DNA from: Candidatus Bathyarchaeota archaeon
GTDB lineage: Archaea > Thermoproteota > Bathyarchaeia > Bathyarchaeales > Bathycorpusculaceae
Assembly (NCBI GenBank): GCA_963767735.1
Contig: CAVYES010000008.1
Location: forward strand, 192,001 to 256,000
Direction of reading: 5' to 3'
Length of the DNA stretch: 64,000 nucleotides
Part shown: positions 31,672-42,687 of the stretch, in pieces
Layout: each line of letters begins with the position of its first letter
Numbering within the stretch: position 1 is the first letter of the stretch
Program-made: the position numbers and the translations under genes
The notes under the pieces: generated by a model
Databases searched by the model: none
What the model was told of the DNA's origin: nothing
What the model saw: the letters and a program-made list of their open reading frames with translations, nothing else

Positions 31672-32100
31672 TCACTTTATTCTTTGTTTTATAGTTGCCT
31701 GAGAAATATTCGCTGTTTTGTACTTTAAGCTATTTGGCCCACCGGTCCTTAACAGCATACCTTTACTTGTCATCCTGGAAAGATAAGTGGAAACGGTACT
31801 AAGACTGACGGGTTCCTTAAGTTCCTGTTCATAAACAGACTGGATGTCCTTTGAAGAAAACCAAATCAAGGGAAAACTTTTCTGAATCACTGACTGAACT
31901 TTTTCGAAGCGTGAAAGTACACGATTTTGCAAGGACGCTCCTGTGCCCGTGGTTGGACCCTCGCCTGGTGCGCCGCCTAGCAATTCAACAAGATCTAAGA
32001 GTCGTAGAGCTTTGTCGCGGGTAACTTGACCCTCGAAAGCAATAGTATATCGATTTCCATCGCTATCGAACAGCTCAACACGCATTTTACGAGCTGGCAT
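31672..32100 (-). CDS. Uncharacterised wHTH protein divergent from oriC/cdc6
   Basis: WFSSKDIQSVYEQELKEPVSLSTVSTYLSRMTSKGML. Confidence 0.75.
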   Translation of the reverse strand: MPARKMRVELFDSDGNRYTIAFEGQVTRDKALRLLDLVELLGGAPGEGPTTGTGASLQNRVLSRFEKVQSVIQKSFPLIWFSSKDIQSVYEQELKEPVSLSTVSTYLSRMTSKGMLLRTGGPNSLKYKTANISQATIKQRIK

Positions 32101-32297
32101 TTAGTGTACACCACGAGGGTTGCTTCACAACTTTATACTTCACAGCTTATAGCTGTTATGGTGAATGATGAAATATAGAAAAAGCAGAATACAGCTTATT
32201 ATAATTAAATAGCCACAATTTTCATTCTTTTCAGCATAACGGACTTCACAGTAAATTAGATTAGCTGGATAATTAAGGTTCTTGCCTGGTTCCGCTT

Positions 32298-32886
32298 TTC
32301 CAGTAGAAGCGTAGGGGTGGCTTGTTAACAGTAAAGAGACAAGAAAAAAGTAATTTGAGGCAAAAGCAAACTGATTAAGCAGCAAATTTAATGATATTTC
32401 ACATGTATTCACAATTTTGTGAACCAAAAATGGGTGTGAGCTAAAGAAATTTATGGAAAGTTCATCCTAACTTGGAATTTAGAGAGATTATTGTCAATAA
32501 AACTTTGTTTCCGTTTCAATAAAGACAAATTACCATGGTAAAAATCATCTAACAGGCACCCCTGTGTTTCCTGTCGAAGTCTTCAAGCAAAAAAGAAGTA
32601 AAGAAATCTTAGGAAAAATATTTGCAGTAATCTTATCTAAAAATTTGGATAACAACTATTAATATATCAAAATATTATTAATACCTTAGAGTATATTACC
32701 TAATTATAGTAAATAGTTGTTCTTTACGTTAATTCACAAATTTTTTCCAGTAGAAACTTTGGGGTGTGCCTTGTTCTTAATTTGCTCAATTGTTATCAGA
32801 TGTTTTCATTGTTTTTTAGGATAGTTGTGCTTTAGAACCATTTTTTTGTACTGATTCCTTTATCTGTTCCAGACGAAATAAGGGTT
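32298..32886. other. Chromosomal replication origin (oriC) with ORB boxes and DUE
   Basis: ORBs: ttccagtagaagcgtaggggt 32298-32318 (+), ttcgacaggaaacacaggggtg 32557-32578 (-), ttccagtagaaactttggggtg 32745-32766 (+), gttccagacgaaataagggtt 32866-32886 (+); AT-rich stretch 32580-32744; directly upstream of cdc6. Confidence 0.9.
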
Positions 32887-32915
32887 GAGCCTCTGAAAAC
32901 TAGGGGATTGGAGAA

Positions 32916-34157
32916 ATGGGAAATTCAAACGTATTAGATGATGTGTTCGAGAGTTTCGTTAATGGGGTTCGGCTGTTTAAGGACAGAGAGGTTCTCAGAC
33001 ACGATTATCTTCCCGAAAAATTACCGCACAGAGAAGACCAAATAAAATTATTAGGACAAACAGTCGCGCCAGTTCTAAAGGATGCAAGATGTTCAAACAT
33101 TTTTATTTATGGAAAAACTGGGACCGGAAAAACAGCGGTTACAAAATACGTCTTAAGCCATCTAGAATCGAAAGCAAAGGAATATGGTGCGCCCGTAAAG
33201 TTTTGTTACATAAACTGCCGAATGACTGGTTCAGAATACCGAGTTTTCGCAAGCCTAAGCCAAAACCTTGGTATGTCAATCCCTTTTACAGGCTTATCTG
33301 TTGGTGAAGTGTTTGATAGGTTCAGAGCAGGTTTAGATTCTTCGAAAATAATTTTCATAATAATTCTCGATGAAATTGATGCCTTGATCAAGGACCGCGG
33401 AGACGCTTTCATGTATGAGTTAACAAGGATAAATGAAACTCTAAGTAAAAGCAAAGTTTCAATAATCGGCATATCAAATGACCTGCGCTTGAAGGAGTTT
33501 TTGGATCCTAGAGTTTTTAGTTCTCTTAGCGAAGAAGAACTAGTTTTCAGGCCATATGACGCAGCTGAACTTCGAAACATTCTTCTTGAACGCTCAAAAT
33601 TATCTTTCCAAGAAGGCGTTTTGTCTGATTCCGCATTAAGTATTTGCTCAGCTTTGGCTGCTGCAGAACATGGCGATGCAAGGCGAGCTTTGGATTTGTT
33701 GCGTGTTGCTGGAGAAGTTGCTGAGCGGCAAGGTGCCAAGTTGATTACAGAAGAGCATGTGCGTCAGGCAGAGAAGCATATTGAGCATAACCGAGTGGTT
33801 GAAGCGCTCAAAAATTTAACATTGCATTCAAAACTGGTGCTTCTTAGCGTTTATCACTTAAACAAACCAAGTGCTACCACAGGCGAAATATACGACGTTT
33901 ACAATGAACTGTGCGGCGAAATGGGTGCTGGTCTTCTGACACAACGCCGATTAGGCACGCTAATTAACGAGCTTGATTCCATGGGGCTTGTGAACGCGAA
34001 GGTTGTAAGCATGGGGCGGTATGGCAGAACCAAAAAAATCAGGCTTGAAATTTCAAGAAGCCTCATAAAGGATGTATTTGGCAACGATAACAGATTTAGT
34101 AGCCTGCTCAATTATTCCCTGCAATCCTCGCATAAAGGCTCAAATGGTACTAGCTAA
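32916..34157 (+). CDS. cdc6: Orc1/Cdc6 replication initiator
   Basis: LPHREDQI, GKTGTGKT, LDEID, HGDARRALDLLR, C-terminal wHTH GRYGRT. Confidence 0.97.
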   Translation: MGNSNVLDDVFESFVNGVRLFKDREVLRHDYLPEKLPHREDQIKLLGQTVAPVLKDARCSNIFIYGKTGTGKTAVTKYVLSHLESKAKEYGAPVKFCYINCRMTGSEYRVFASLSQNLGMSIPFTGLSVGEVFDRFRAGLDSSKIIFIIILDEIDALIKDRGDAFMYELTRINETLSKSKVSIIGISNDLRLKEFLDPRVFSSLSEEELVFRPYDAAELRNILLERSKLSFQEGVLSDSALSICSALAAAEHGDARRALDLLRVAGEVAERQGAKLITEEHVRQAEKHIEHNRVVEALKNLTLHSKLVLLSVYHLNKPSATTGEIYDVYNELCGEMGAGLLTQRRLGTLINELDSMGLVNAKVVSMGRYGRTKKIRLEISRSLIKDVFGNDNRFSSLLNYSLQSSHKGSNGTS

Positions 34158-34171
34158 ACCCTCTGAGAAAA

Positions 34172-35731
34172 TTAGTTAAATGAGAGAACAGTAGTCTCCA
34201 GCGTTTGCAAGTTTACCACTGGAACTTTTCCCGGCGTAGGAACCAACCCTAATTTCTCCATGTAATCGGTCTGTTCTTGCCAGCCGCCTGAATTCACAAC
34301 CAACACTCCGCGGTAATTGCAGTAACCTAAAACGTGAATATGCCCCGCATGAAAGATGTCTGGAACTCTATCGATGACCAGGTAATCACGGTTTTCTGGA
34401 GACAACATGGTTTTTCCACCATAAACTGGCGCTAAGTGGCGACTTTGCATAAGTAGCCTCATTGCTTTTTCTGGGTGATCATGATCCATTCCAGGCAGAA
34501 CAGCGATAATATCGTCTAAACTGCGGCCATGATACATTAAAACTTCTACTCCGTGTAGACTTAACAGGCATGGGCTTCCAACAGAGTGAATGTTCTTTTT
34601 ACCTTGCATTCCCGTCAAATAGCCTTCTGGTATGGCAGGTTGGGGTAAAGCTTTGCGTGACGCATCATGGTTGCCTGGGGAAATAATTATTTCAATGTAT
34701 TCAGGGATTTTTTCCAGATATTTCGCGGCAAAATTGTATTGTTTATGGACGTCTCGTATGGATAGTTCTTTTGCTTGGTTGGGGTAAACTCCAACTCCGT
34801 CAACAATGTCGCCTGCGATTAGTACGTATTTTACTCTGCCTGCTATTTCCTTCATTTGCTCGTTTCCATATTTCCCCTTAAGCCAAAGTATGAACCGTTT
34901 GAATGCTTCTTTTTGGAATTTGGTGCTGCCAATGTGAAGGTCTGATGTTAAGACAGCGTAAACTGGTTCTTGTGCTCTTTGTTGGGTTTTTCTGCCTATT
35001 TCAGGGAAAATTATGTCCTCAGCTAAGAAAAGGTTAGTTCTTGTTTTTATCACTGCCAAACAAACTACTTGATCAGGCAAAAGAAGAAGCGCTTTTTTCC
35101 TGACTTCTTCTGGTGCTTTTTGCGGCACTAAGACAGTTGTGCTTCCCAGCAAGTCTTCAACTGATAGTATCATTTGGTTTTTTGATTCTCTTTTTTCTGT
35201 TATCATGCAGATTATTTTGAGTTTTGTTTTAGCAGGTGATTTGAGTGCTTCAAGTATTGGTGTTGCAGCTTTAACGTCCATTCTTTGTCTAAGCAAGCGT
35301 TCAATTCGTTTAAACCTGTCTTGGAAATATTCCAGATATTCTTCAAGGGTGCCGTTGGAGCTAAGTTTGCCTGTTGAATCTTCCAGAATGTTAATGTTTG
35401 CTTTTATGTCCTTGGCGTAGGGATAAAAAGTGCTTTCAACTGTACTTATTTGCTGCGGTGTTGGTGGCTCTACGGCGTTTTGTTGTTGCTGAGGCTGTGT
35501 TTCTATGAGGGGTGCTGTTAGCTGTTGCACTAAGGTTTCTAAGAATACTTTGTCTATGAAGAACGGTTTTTCTTGCAAGTCTGCTAGCTTTTGAAGTGCC
35601 AAGTTTATAATGCCAACTGGGTCGGTTGTGTCTGAGTTTTGGCTTAAGAATTCAAAGGCTTCGCTGTTTAGTTGGTATCCCGCTGCGATTGTTGCTTCGA
35701 TTGCTTTTTGCAGTTTTTCTTTTTCGCTCAT
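34172..35731 (-). CDS. polB: DNA polymerase D small subunit DP1
   Basis: OB fold; SDLHIGS, AGDIVDG, PGNHD, YHG, HLAP, GHIH phosphoesterase motifs. Confidence 0.96.
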   Translation of the reverse strand: MSEKEKLQKAIEATIAAGYQLNSEAFEFLSQNSDTTDPVGIINLALQKLADLQEKPFFIDKVFLETLVQQLTAPLIETQPQQQQNAVEPPTPQQISTVESTFYPYAKDIKANINILEDSTGKLSSNGTLEEYLEYFQDRFKRIERLLRQRMDVKAATPILEALKSPAKTKLKIICMITEKRESKNQMILSVEDLLGSTTVLVPQKAPEEVRKKALLLLPDQVVCLAVIKTRTNLFLAEDIIFPEIGRKTQQRAQEPVYAVLTSDLHIGSTKFQKEAFKRFILWLKGKYGNEQMKEIAGRVKYVLIAGDIVDGVGVYPNQAKELSIRDVHKQYNFAAKYLEKIPEYIEIIISPGNHDASRKALPQPAIPEGYLTGMQGKKNIHSVGSPCLLSLHGVEVLMYHGRSLDDIIAVLPGMDHDHPEKAMRLLMQSRHLAPVYGGKTMLSPENRDYLVIDRVPDIFHAGHIHVLGYCNYRGVLVVNSGGWQEQTDYMEKLGLVPTPGKVPVVNLQTLETTVLSFN

Positions 35732-35985
35732 TTTGATCGTGTTCTTGTTAGCAAGTGAGTAAGTGCAAGCTTAATGTTTAGGCTCTTATGCTTTTGCGTT
35801 ATTTACTGTTTTTTGTTTGCAGGATAAATTTTTGAACGTTTAAGGCTTCTGTTGATTTACTGGTTAAATATCATAGCGTTTACTGTAGCGTTGATTACGT
35901 ATTAATTGTTAATTATTCAAAATCAACTTAGTTTATATAAATGATCTATAGTTTAGATATGTTATATCTTGATTGGGGTACCGTT

Positions 35986-36963
35986 ATGGGTGAATTACGG
36001 AAAGTTCAACAAACACCAACTGGCACTTTTTTTGTTTGTTTGCCTAGAGACTTGGGCTACAACAGAATGGTTTAAAAAAGGGCGCTTTAGTAAGTTTGGA
36101 TGTAACTAGTGATGGCAAGCTCATTGTTGATGCTGCAATATAATGTTGAGCCACCGCCTAAAGTTACTTCTTTAAACGTTGGTCCTTATCTTGGTCGGGA
36201 GATTATCGGTCGTTATCTTCTTGGCTATGACTGCATCGATATTGTTGCAAAGGATCGAATTGACTCTGATGTTAGAAAGATAGTGAAGTCAACTGCTAGT
36301 TCACTGGCTGGTTTAGAGATAGTTGAGGAAACAAGCTTCAAAAATTTCCTTGCAAACTCTAATGCAGCAGCCATCTGGGTTTATTCCTGAAAAAATTTTG
36401 CAACGCAACTATGCTATTGTGGCTGGGATGATTCGTGATGCCGCTAACTCTTTTATTATGGAGACGTAGAGTTGGCTAAGAACGTTATTGAGAGAGATGC
36501 TGAGAGTAACAAACTGTATTTTTTGTTGGTTAGAATTTTACGAACAATAATTCAAAATCCACGTTTAAGTGAGAAGCTTGGAATTACTCCGATAGAATGT
36601 TTAGATTATCGTTTGGCTGCAAGTTTAATTGAAGGCATAGGTGACGCATGCGTTCAGGTGGCTGCAAAAACCATAGCGCTTAATGGAGTGAAGTTTTCTG
36701 GAGAACTGCAGAAATTACTGGTTGATTTGCAAGCTATCTGTTATGAAGCTCATGAGCAAGCGTTGAAATCGTTTGTAACTAAAGACATTGCTTTGGCTGA
36801 GAATGTGCGTAACCTCCGAGGAAAAATCGATGCAACTTACACAAACATTGAACGAGTTGCAAAAGAGTCTTCTGTGGATTTGATGCCTCAAATTTTGGCA
36901 GCGGTTTCTTTCCTTAGGCAGATTTATGAACGCAGCGTAGACCTAGCGGACTTGGTCGTTTAA
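35986..36963 (+). CDS. phoU: AbrB-PhoU phosphate uptake regulator (frameshifted)
   Basis: MGELRKVQQTPTGTFFVCLP; VIERDAESNKLYFL; IEGIGD; several homopolymer shifts. Confidence 0.85.
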
Positions 36964-37028
36964 ATTACTTTTTTGTGTTGGTAAAGGGTTAAATTTCCTA
37001 GTTTACATTCACATCAGGGATAACTCAT

Positions 37029-37666
37029 ATGCCAAGTATTACCGATAAAGTGGCTAACGCTCTTTACATTTCTGGATGCTTAAAGTTTGGAAGCTTCAAA
37101 ATTAAGTCTGGAGCAATCAGCCCATACTACATTGACCTTGCCCGTTTGCTTTCTTCACCAAAACAGCTATGCTCTATAGCCGATTTGGCCGCTGAACAGG
37201 TCAAGCAGATAATGGTATCTGATAGAATAGATAAATTGGCATCCATTGAACTCAAAGGCGCGCTGATAGTGCCAAGCATCGCCTGCAAAGTAAACTTGCC
37301 TTGTATAGTTGTGCGAAAAGAAGAGAAAGCCTACGGCGTTACAGGCAGAATTGCCGGTGCAGACGTAGCAAAAGGCGACAACATTCTGTTTTTTGATGAC
37401 GTCATAAGCGAAGGTTTATCCAAAGTTGAAGGAATCAAGCCTCTGCAAGAGCTAGGCGGCAACGTTAAGCATTTACTAGTTGTTGTTAACCGGGAGCAAG
37501 GCGGCAAAGAGAACTTGGAGAAGCTTGGCTTCAAAGTGCATGCTTTAGCAAAAATCTCCGAACATCGTTAATTCACTGTATCAAAATAAGCAAATTTCAA
37601 AAGAGCAGACTGCTGAAGTTTTAGAGTTACGTAAAAAATTTTCAAGCGGCTAAGAATACCACTTAA
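37029..37666 (+). CDS. pyrE: Orotate phosphoribosyltransferase-like protein (C-terminal frameshift; end approximate)
   Basis: FGSFKIKSGAISPYYIDL, RKEEKAYG, FFDDVISEG PRPP loop. Confidence 0.85.
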
Positions 37667-37843
37667 CTATTTCCTTCGCATTGTCACTAGAATATCCACT
37701 CTTAAGAGGCCTTCTTAATTCCTTTAGCGTATAATCTCCATCTCTTTCCCACATTATATCTCAATAAGTGACCGCTTAAAATAGATATACCCTCATTTAT
37801 TGAGTGCCTCACAAAGGAATACACTTCAAGGAAGAACCTGACA

Positions 37844-38849
37844 ATGCAAGCCCAAAAACAAGTAGTCGAAGCCTCCTTACTCCAAGAGCTTACCCAGAAG
37901 ATTCAGGCAAAATCGAACTCATCCAAACACACATTTCATTTGTCTTCTTAACTAAAAATTTCGTTTACAAAGTTAAGAAAGCGGTAAACTTTGGGTTTTT
38001 AGATTTTTCCACACTTGAAAAACGGCGGTTTTTCTGTGAAAAAGAGTTAGAGCTCAACAGGCGACTTTGCCCAGAATCTACCTTGAAGTTGTACCAATCA
38101 ACAAATCAGACATTATCAAGATAAAAGGTACTGGCGAAACGGTTGAGTATGCCTTAAAGATGAAGCGTTTACCTCAAGAAAAAATCATGACAGTACTGCT
38201 TAAAGAAAACAAAGTGGACAATAAAACAATTGATGAACTAGCAAAAATAATCGCGCAATTTCATTCCAAGCGCACAAACAAGCAATGAAATAAACCAGTA
38301 TGGCTCACTTAAAATCATAAAGACTAACTGGGACGAAAATTTCTCTCAAACCCAAAAATACATCAACCAAACAATCCCGAGGCAGAGTACCAATTTATTC
38401 AAAACAAAGTAAACAGATTTCATGGAGAAGAAAAGCGCTTTTTGAAAGCAGAATAAAAAATGGCAAAATTAGAGATTGCCATGGCGATTTGCATTCAGGA
38501 AACATCTTCATAACCGATAAAATCTGCATTTTTGACGCTATAGAATTCAATGACCGCTTCAGATACTCTGATGTAGCTTCAGATGTTGCCTTTTTAGCCA
38601 TGGACCTAGACTTTCAACAGAGACCTGACTTATCAGGCTACTTCATCGAAAGGTACATAGCGTATTCCAAAGACCCACAATTAACGCAAGTGCTTGCTTT
38701 CTATAAATGTTATAGAGCTTATGTGCGTGGCAAAGTAATCAGCTTCAAACTAGATGACTCCCAACGTTAGCAGCGGAGAAAAAGCCGCGGCAACTAAAGA
38801 AGCACAAGCATACTTCAAACTGGCTGCCGATTACGCGAAAAAAATGTAG
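37844..38849 (+). CDS. Aminoglycoside-phosphotransferase-like kinase (N-terminal half of the APH/AAA_33 family; frameshifted)
   Basis: [60 protein letters not shown]. Confidence 0.85.
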
Positions 38850-38854
38850 ACAAA

Positions 38855-39722
38855 CTATTCGAATTGGTTGCCTACCCAATCGGGAACTTGAACCGTGCCC
38901 ATAATGATTGGTTTTTGATGGCAATCGCTTCCACCAGTCATAATTAACCCATGTTCCTTTGCGAACGCTACATAGTGGTTTGTTGTTTCAGCGGTGTTTC
39001 TTGAGTGCCAGCATTCAACGCCGTCAATGTACGGTAACATTTTTTCTTGGATAATTTCTGTTTGCTCAACTAACGATTTAGTTAATGCAACCAGCGAGGT
39101 TCCATGCGGATCGTTAGGGTGAGCCAAAACCAATTTTCCGCCAGCACCCCTGACTAGATTTGATGCTTCTTCTAGGTAAAGCGGGTACTTAGGCACATCA
39201 CACTTTACTAGGTATTTATCGAAGGCTTCTTGCCTCGTTTTAACGATGTTCTTCTTCACTAAATAATCTGCAATGTGAGGTCTGCCAAGCACTCCGTCAA
39301 CCGACTCTTCAATCTGTCTCAAATCATCCTTAGTTAATGCGGCAATGTGTTCTTTCTTAAATTCCGCGTTTAGGTTGTCAAGAATTTTTGCTGCTCTTTC
39401 CTCTCGATATTTTGCCATTGTTTCAAGCTTTCTTCCAAACGCTTTATTGTTGACGTCAAATTGGTAGCCCAAAAAATCTAGTGAAACGGCTTTGCCTTCA
39501 TGATACTTTGGATGTGCAAAGGTTACGTTTAACTCGACTCCAGTGACATAACGTATGTTTTCTTTTTTTGCTATTGCGATCGCTTGGGTTTGGCAGCCGA
39601 TAGAATCATGATCCGTAATTGCCATGAAGTTGATGTTTCGGTTTTTTGCTTCATTAAAAATTTCTTTGAACAGTTAGTTTCCCGTCTGAAGCTTTAGAGT
39701 GAATATGCAAGTCGGTTATCAT
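38855..39722 (-). CDS. PHP domain phosphoesterase (TrpH/YciV-like)
   Basis: DLHIHS..SDG, AITDHD, GRPHIA, LAHP, GGSDCH. Confidence 0.9.
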
Positions 39723-39737
39723 TAATGGACGTGTCCG

Positions 39738-40403
39738 TTACTTTTTCTCCATCCCTATAATGTACCAGTCCTTAGCGTTATCGTGGCAAGTATCAACTGT
39801 TAAATGCAGAATCTTAAGTGTTGGATAATTTTTCTTTATGTCCTCGATGTCTACTGGTTCAAACTTTTTCTTGTTAGCGAGATAAGCATCTACCGTTAAA
39901 GCGTTTGACTCATACTTCTCTTTAGTGCGCCTCTCAATCCTCGCAATCGACACTTCTTCAGGACAGCTTGTTTGCAAAATAACAAATGTCATATTATGCT
40001 TCGCTGCAATTTCGCCTGCTCGCCGCCTCAAATCTTGAGTAACAAAGGTTGCATCCAAAATAATGCCGGGAACATTTTTTTGAGCTAAATCGTCTGCCCT
40101 TCGGAAAACTTCATCATAGACAGACAGGCGTTTATTCATGTTTCCTGCGACTTTCGCGTCAAAAACATCCTCATTCTTTAAAACTTCTAAGCGGATTAAA
40201 TCGCTTCGGAGAATTGGGTACCCTTTGATTTTTGACACTTCCTCTGAGGTTTCTGTTTTCCAAGTTCCAGGTAATCCACAAGTAATCAGCAATGTTTTGG
40301 TTCCTAAATTGTCTTTGATAAATTTGGCAAAAGGTTCCTTCAATCTACAGACCTTCTTACTGTTAGCTTTTGACGAGTTGTAATTAAACTTTTTCCAGCC
40401 CAA
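39738..40403 (-). CDS. AAA_33 family P-loop kinase
   Basis: CGLPGTWKT, LRSDLIR, ILDATF. Confidence 0.85.
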   Translation of the reverse strand: MGWKKFNYNSSKANSKKVCRLKEPFAKFIKDNLGTKTLLITCGLPGTWKTETSEEVSKIKGYPILRSDLIRLEVLKNEDVFDAKVAGNMNKRLSVYDEVFRRADDLAQKNVPGIILDATFVTQDLRRRAGEIAAKHNMTFVILQTSCPEEVSIARIERRTKEKYESNALTVDAYLANKKKFEPVDIEDIKKNYPTLKILHLTVDTCHDNAKDWYIIGMEKK

Positions 40404-40502
40404 TAACTGATTGTGTGCAATTCCCAGATTTTAACTGTCCTTACCTTAAAGCAAATTCTAAATAGGTTGAAGACACATTCTTTCTAAAAAGAAGGAATAT
40501 TC

Positions 40503-41760
40503 ATGGAAGAATTCCAAGTTAAAGATAAAAGTTTAGCACCGCAAGGTCATTTACAAATTGAATGGGCATCACGCCATATGCCCGTACTAAACCTGATAAA
40601 AAACAGGTTTGAAAAAGAAAAACCGTTAAAAGGCTTAACTTTGGGCGCTTGCCTCCACGTCACAAAAGAAACAGCTGTTCTAGTGCAAGCATTAACTGCC
40701 GGAGGCGCCAAAATTGCGTTATGCGGTTCTAACCCGCTTTCCACCCAAGATGATGTAGCGGCAGCTTTAGCTGATGATGGTATTCACGTTTTTGCTTGGA
40801 GAGGACAAAACACTGAAGAATACTACAAGTGCATAGATAACGTGTTAGATTATAAGCCATCCATAACTCTTGATGACGGAGCAGATTTAGTCGGCACCCT
40901 CCACAGCAAACGCCAAGCTGCAACTGAAGAACGTTAAAGGCGGAACGGAAGAAACCACAACCGGCGTAATTCGTCTAAGAGCAATGGAAAAAGACGGCAG
41001 CCTCAAGTACCCAATCGTAGCCGTAAACGATGCCTACACAAAATACCTTTTCGATAACCGATATGGAACAGGACAAAGCACAATGGACGGCATCATAAGG
41101 GCGACAAACACATTGATAGCGGGCAAAAACTTTGTAGTCGGAGGTTACGGTTGGTGCTCAAGAGGCATAGCCATGCGAGCTCAAGGCTTAGGCGCCAACG
41201 TTATAGTAACAGAAGTCCAACCTACTCGTGCGTTGGAAGCAGTAATGAATGGTTTGCGTGTCATGCCAATGGCTGAAGCGGCAGCCATAGGCGACATATT
41301 TGTAACCGCCACAGGGGACATAAGTGTAATACGGAAAGAGCATATGCAAAAAATGAAGGATGGCGCCATAATGGCTAACAGCGGACACTTCAACGTGGAA
41401 GTGAACATAAAAGATTTAGAATCACTGTCAACCTCTAAAAGAACAATGCGTCCCAACCTAGAAGAGTACACGCTAAAAGACGGCAGAAAACTCTACCTCT
41501 TAGCCGAAGGCAGACTAGTAAACTTGGCAGCGGCAGAAGGGCATCCGTCTGAAGTCATGGACATGTCATTTGCTAACCAAGCGTTATGCTCAGAATACAT
41601 TGCTAAAACAGCGAAGTTAGCGCCTAAAGTGTTCACTGTTCCAAAAGAAATCGACGAAAAAGTTGCCGAACTAAAACTGAAATCGATGGGCGTAAACATC
41701 GACGAGCTTACGGCTGAACAGAAAAAGTACCTTTCAACCTGGGAAATGGGAACAACCTAA
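40503..41760 (+). CDS. ahcY: Adenosylhomocysteinase (frameshift ~40925)
   Basis: [44 protein letters not shown]. Confidence 0.96.
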
Positions 41761-41834
41761 ACAAGGGCATGCTTAAAATCATGACAAACTTTAAATTGCT
41801 TGACATAATACATGGCTATAAAGTGGTGACTTAA

Positions 41835-42174
41835 ATGGTTAGCAAAGATCAAGGAATAGGTGGAGCAATACTTGCCGTATGCGTTATAGTCGCTATAGTC
41901 TATCTCGTTTTAGTGATTGATCCTAGCTTAATTCGCTAAAACTGGAAACGACGTCAGGTTATATGCAGTACTGGTTCTTGTTTCCGTAGCATTTATCGCT
42001 ATTCTGGCGATCGGCGCATGGATAGGCTGGACAATGGCAACAACACCGCCTCCAAAACCAATTGAAGAAATAACAACCGAAATTGAAGAGAAAAAAGAAG
42101 AACCAAAAGCAGAAGCGCCAGCCAAAACAGATGAAGCAGCTGCCACCGACACAACAACCAAGAAAAAGAAATAA
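41835..42174 (+). CDS. Small two-TM membrane protein (one frameshift)
   Basis: MVSKDQGIGGAILAVCVIVAIVYL...WIGWTMATTPPPKPIEEI, acidic/basic tail. Confidence 0.7.
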
Positions 42175-42266
42175 ACTACATTACTTTTTCCTATCTTCAT
42201 TTTTTCATTTTTTTTATTCTAAAAATCTATCTTTCGAAAAAAAGAAAAATTTTTTTAGTTAAGTTC

Positions 42267-42593
42267 TCATTTTTCTAAGCATGCATTCAACAATATCTTG
42301 GCAAACGATGCATTCGTCAGGGATTTCTGATTTTTTTCTCGTTCACTTAAGTAGCCAAGGTGTTGTTGGCAGGCAGATGGTTTTTCTTGGTTTTTATTTG
42401 TCTTCTCTTTAGAGAGAATTGTTTCAGTTTGTTTTTTTTCCGGTTTATTGCTATCTTCTGCTTGCGGTTCAATTATTTTCGTTAAACAGAACGGGCAGGC
42501 GGCAAATGTCTGTGTTGAATCCTGCCTTAAGTTTAAGGTTTTAAGTGGCTTACTGAAAGCTTTGCCACAAGCAGGATTCGAGCAGGTAACCAT
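42267..42593 (-). CDS. Small Cys-rich zinc-binding protein
   Basis: CSNPAC, CPFC, C.HHLGYL-like motif; C-terminus frameshifted. Confidence 0.6.
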   Translation of the reverse strand: MVTCSNPACGKAFSKPLKTLNLRQDSTQTFAACPFCLTKIIEPQAEDSNKPEKKQTETILSKEKTNKNQEKPSACQQHLGYLSEREKNQKSLTNASFAKILLNACLEK

Positions 42594-42687
42594 TTTTTTT
42601 CCTCGTTTCTCTTTAACCGACGATAAACTGGTTTATTATAAATGATGCTTACTGGCTTATAGTGTTAATGAATCTTAAATAAAGATG

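Noticed and set aside
32140-32427. 95-aa ORF in the origin region
   Set aside because: Overlaps an ORB and AT-rich origin DNA; composition looks spurious
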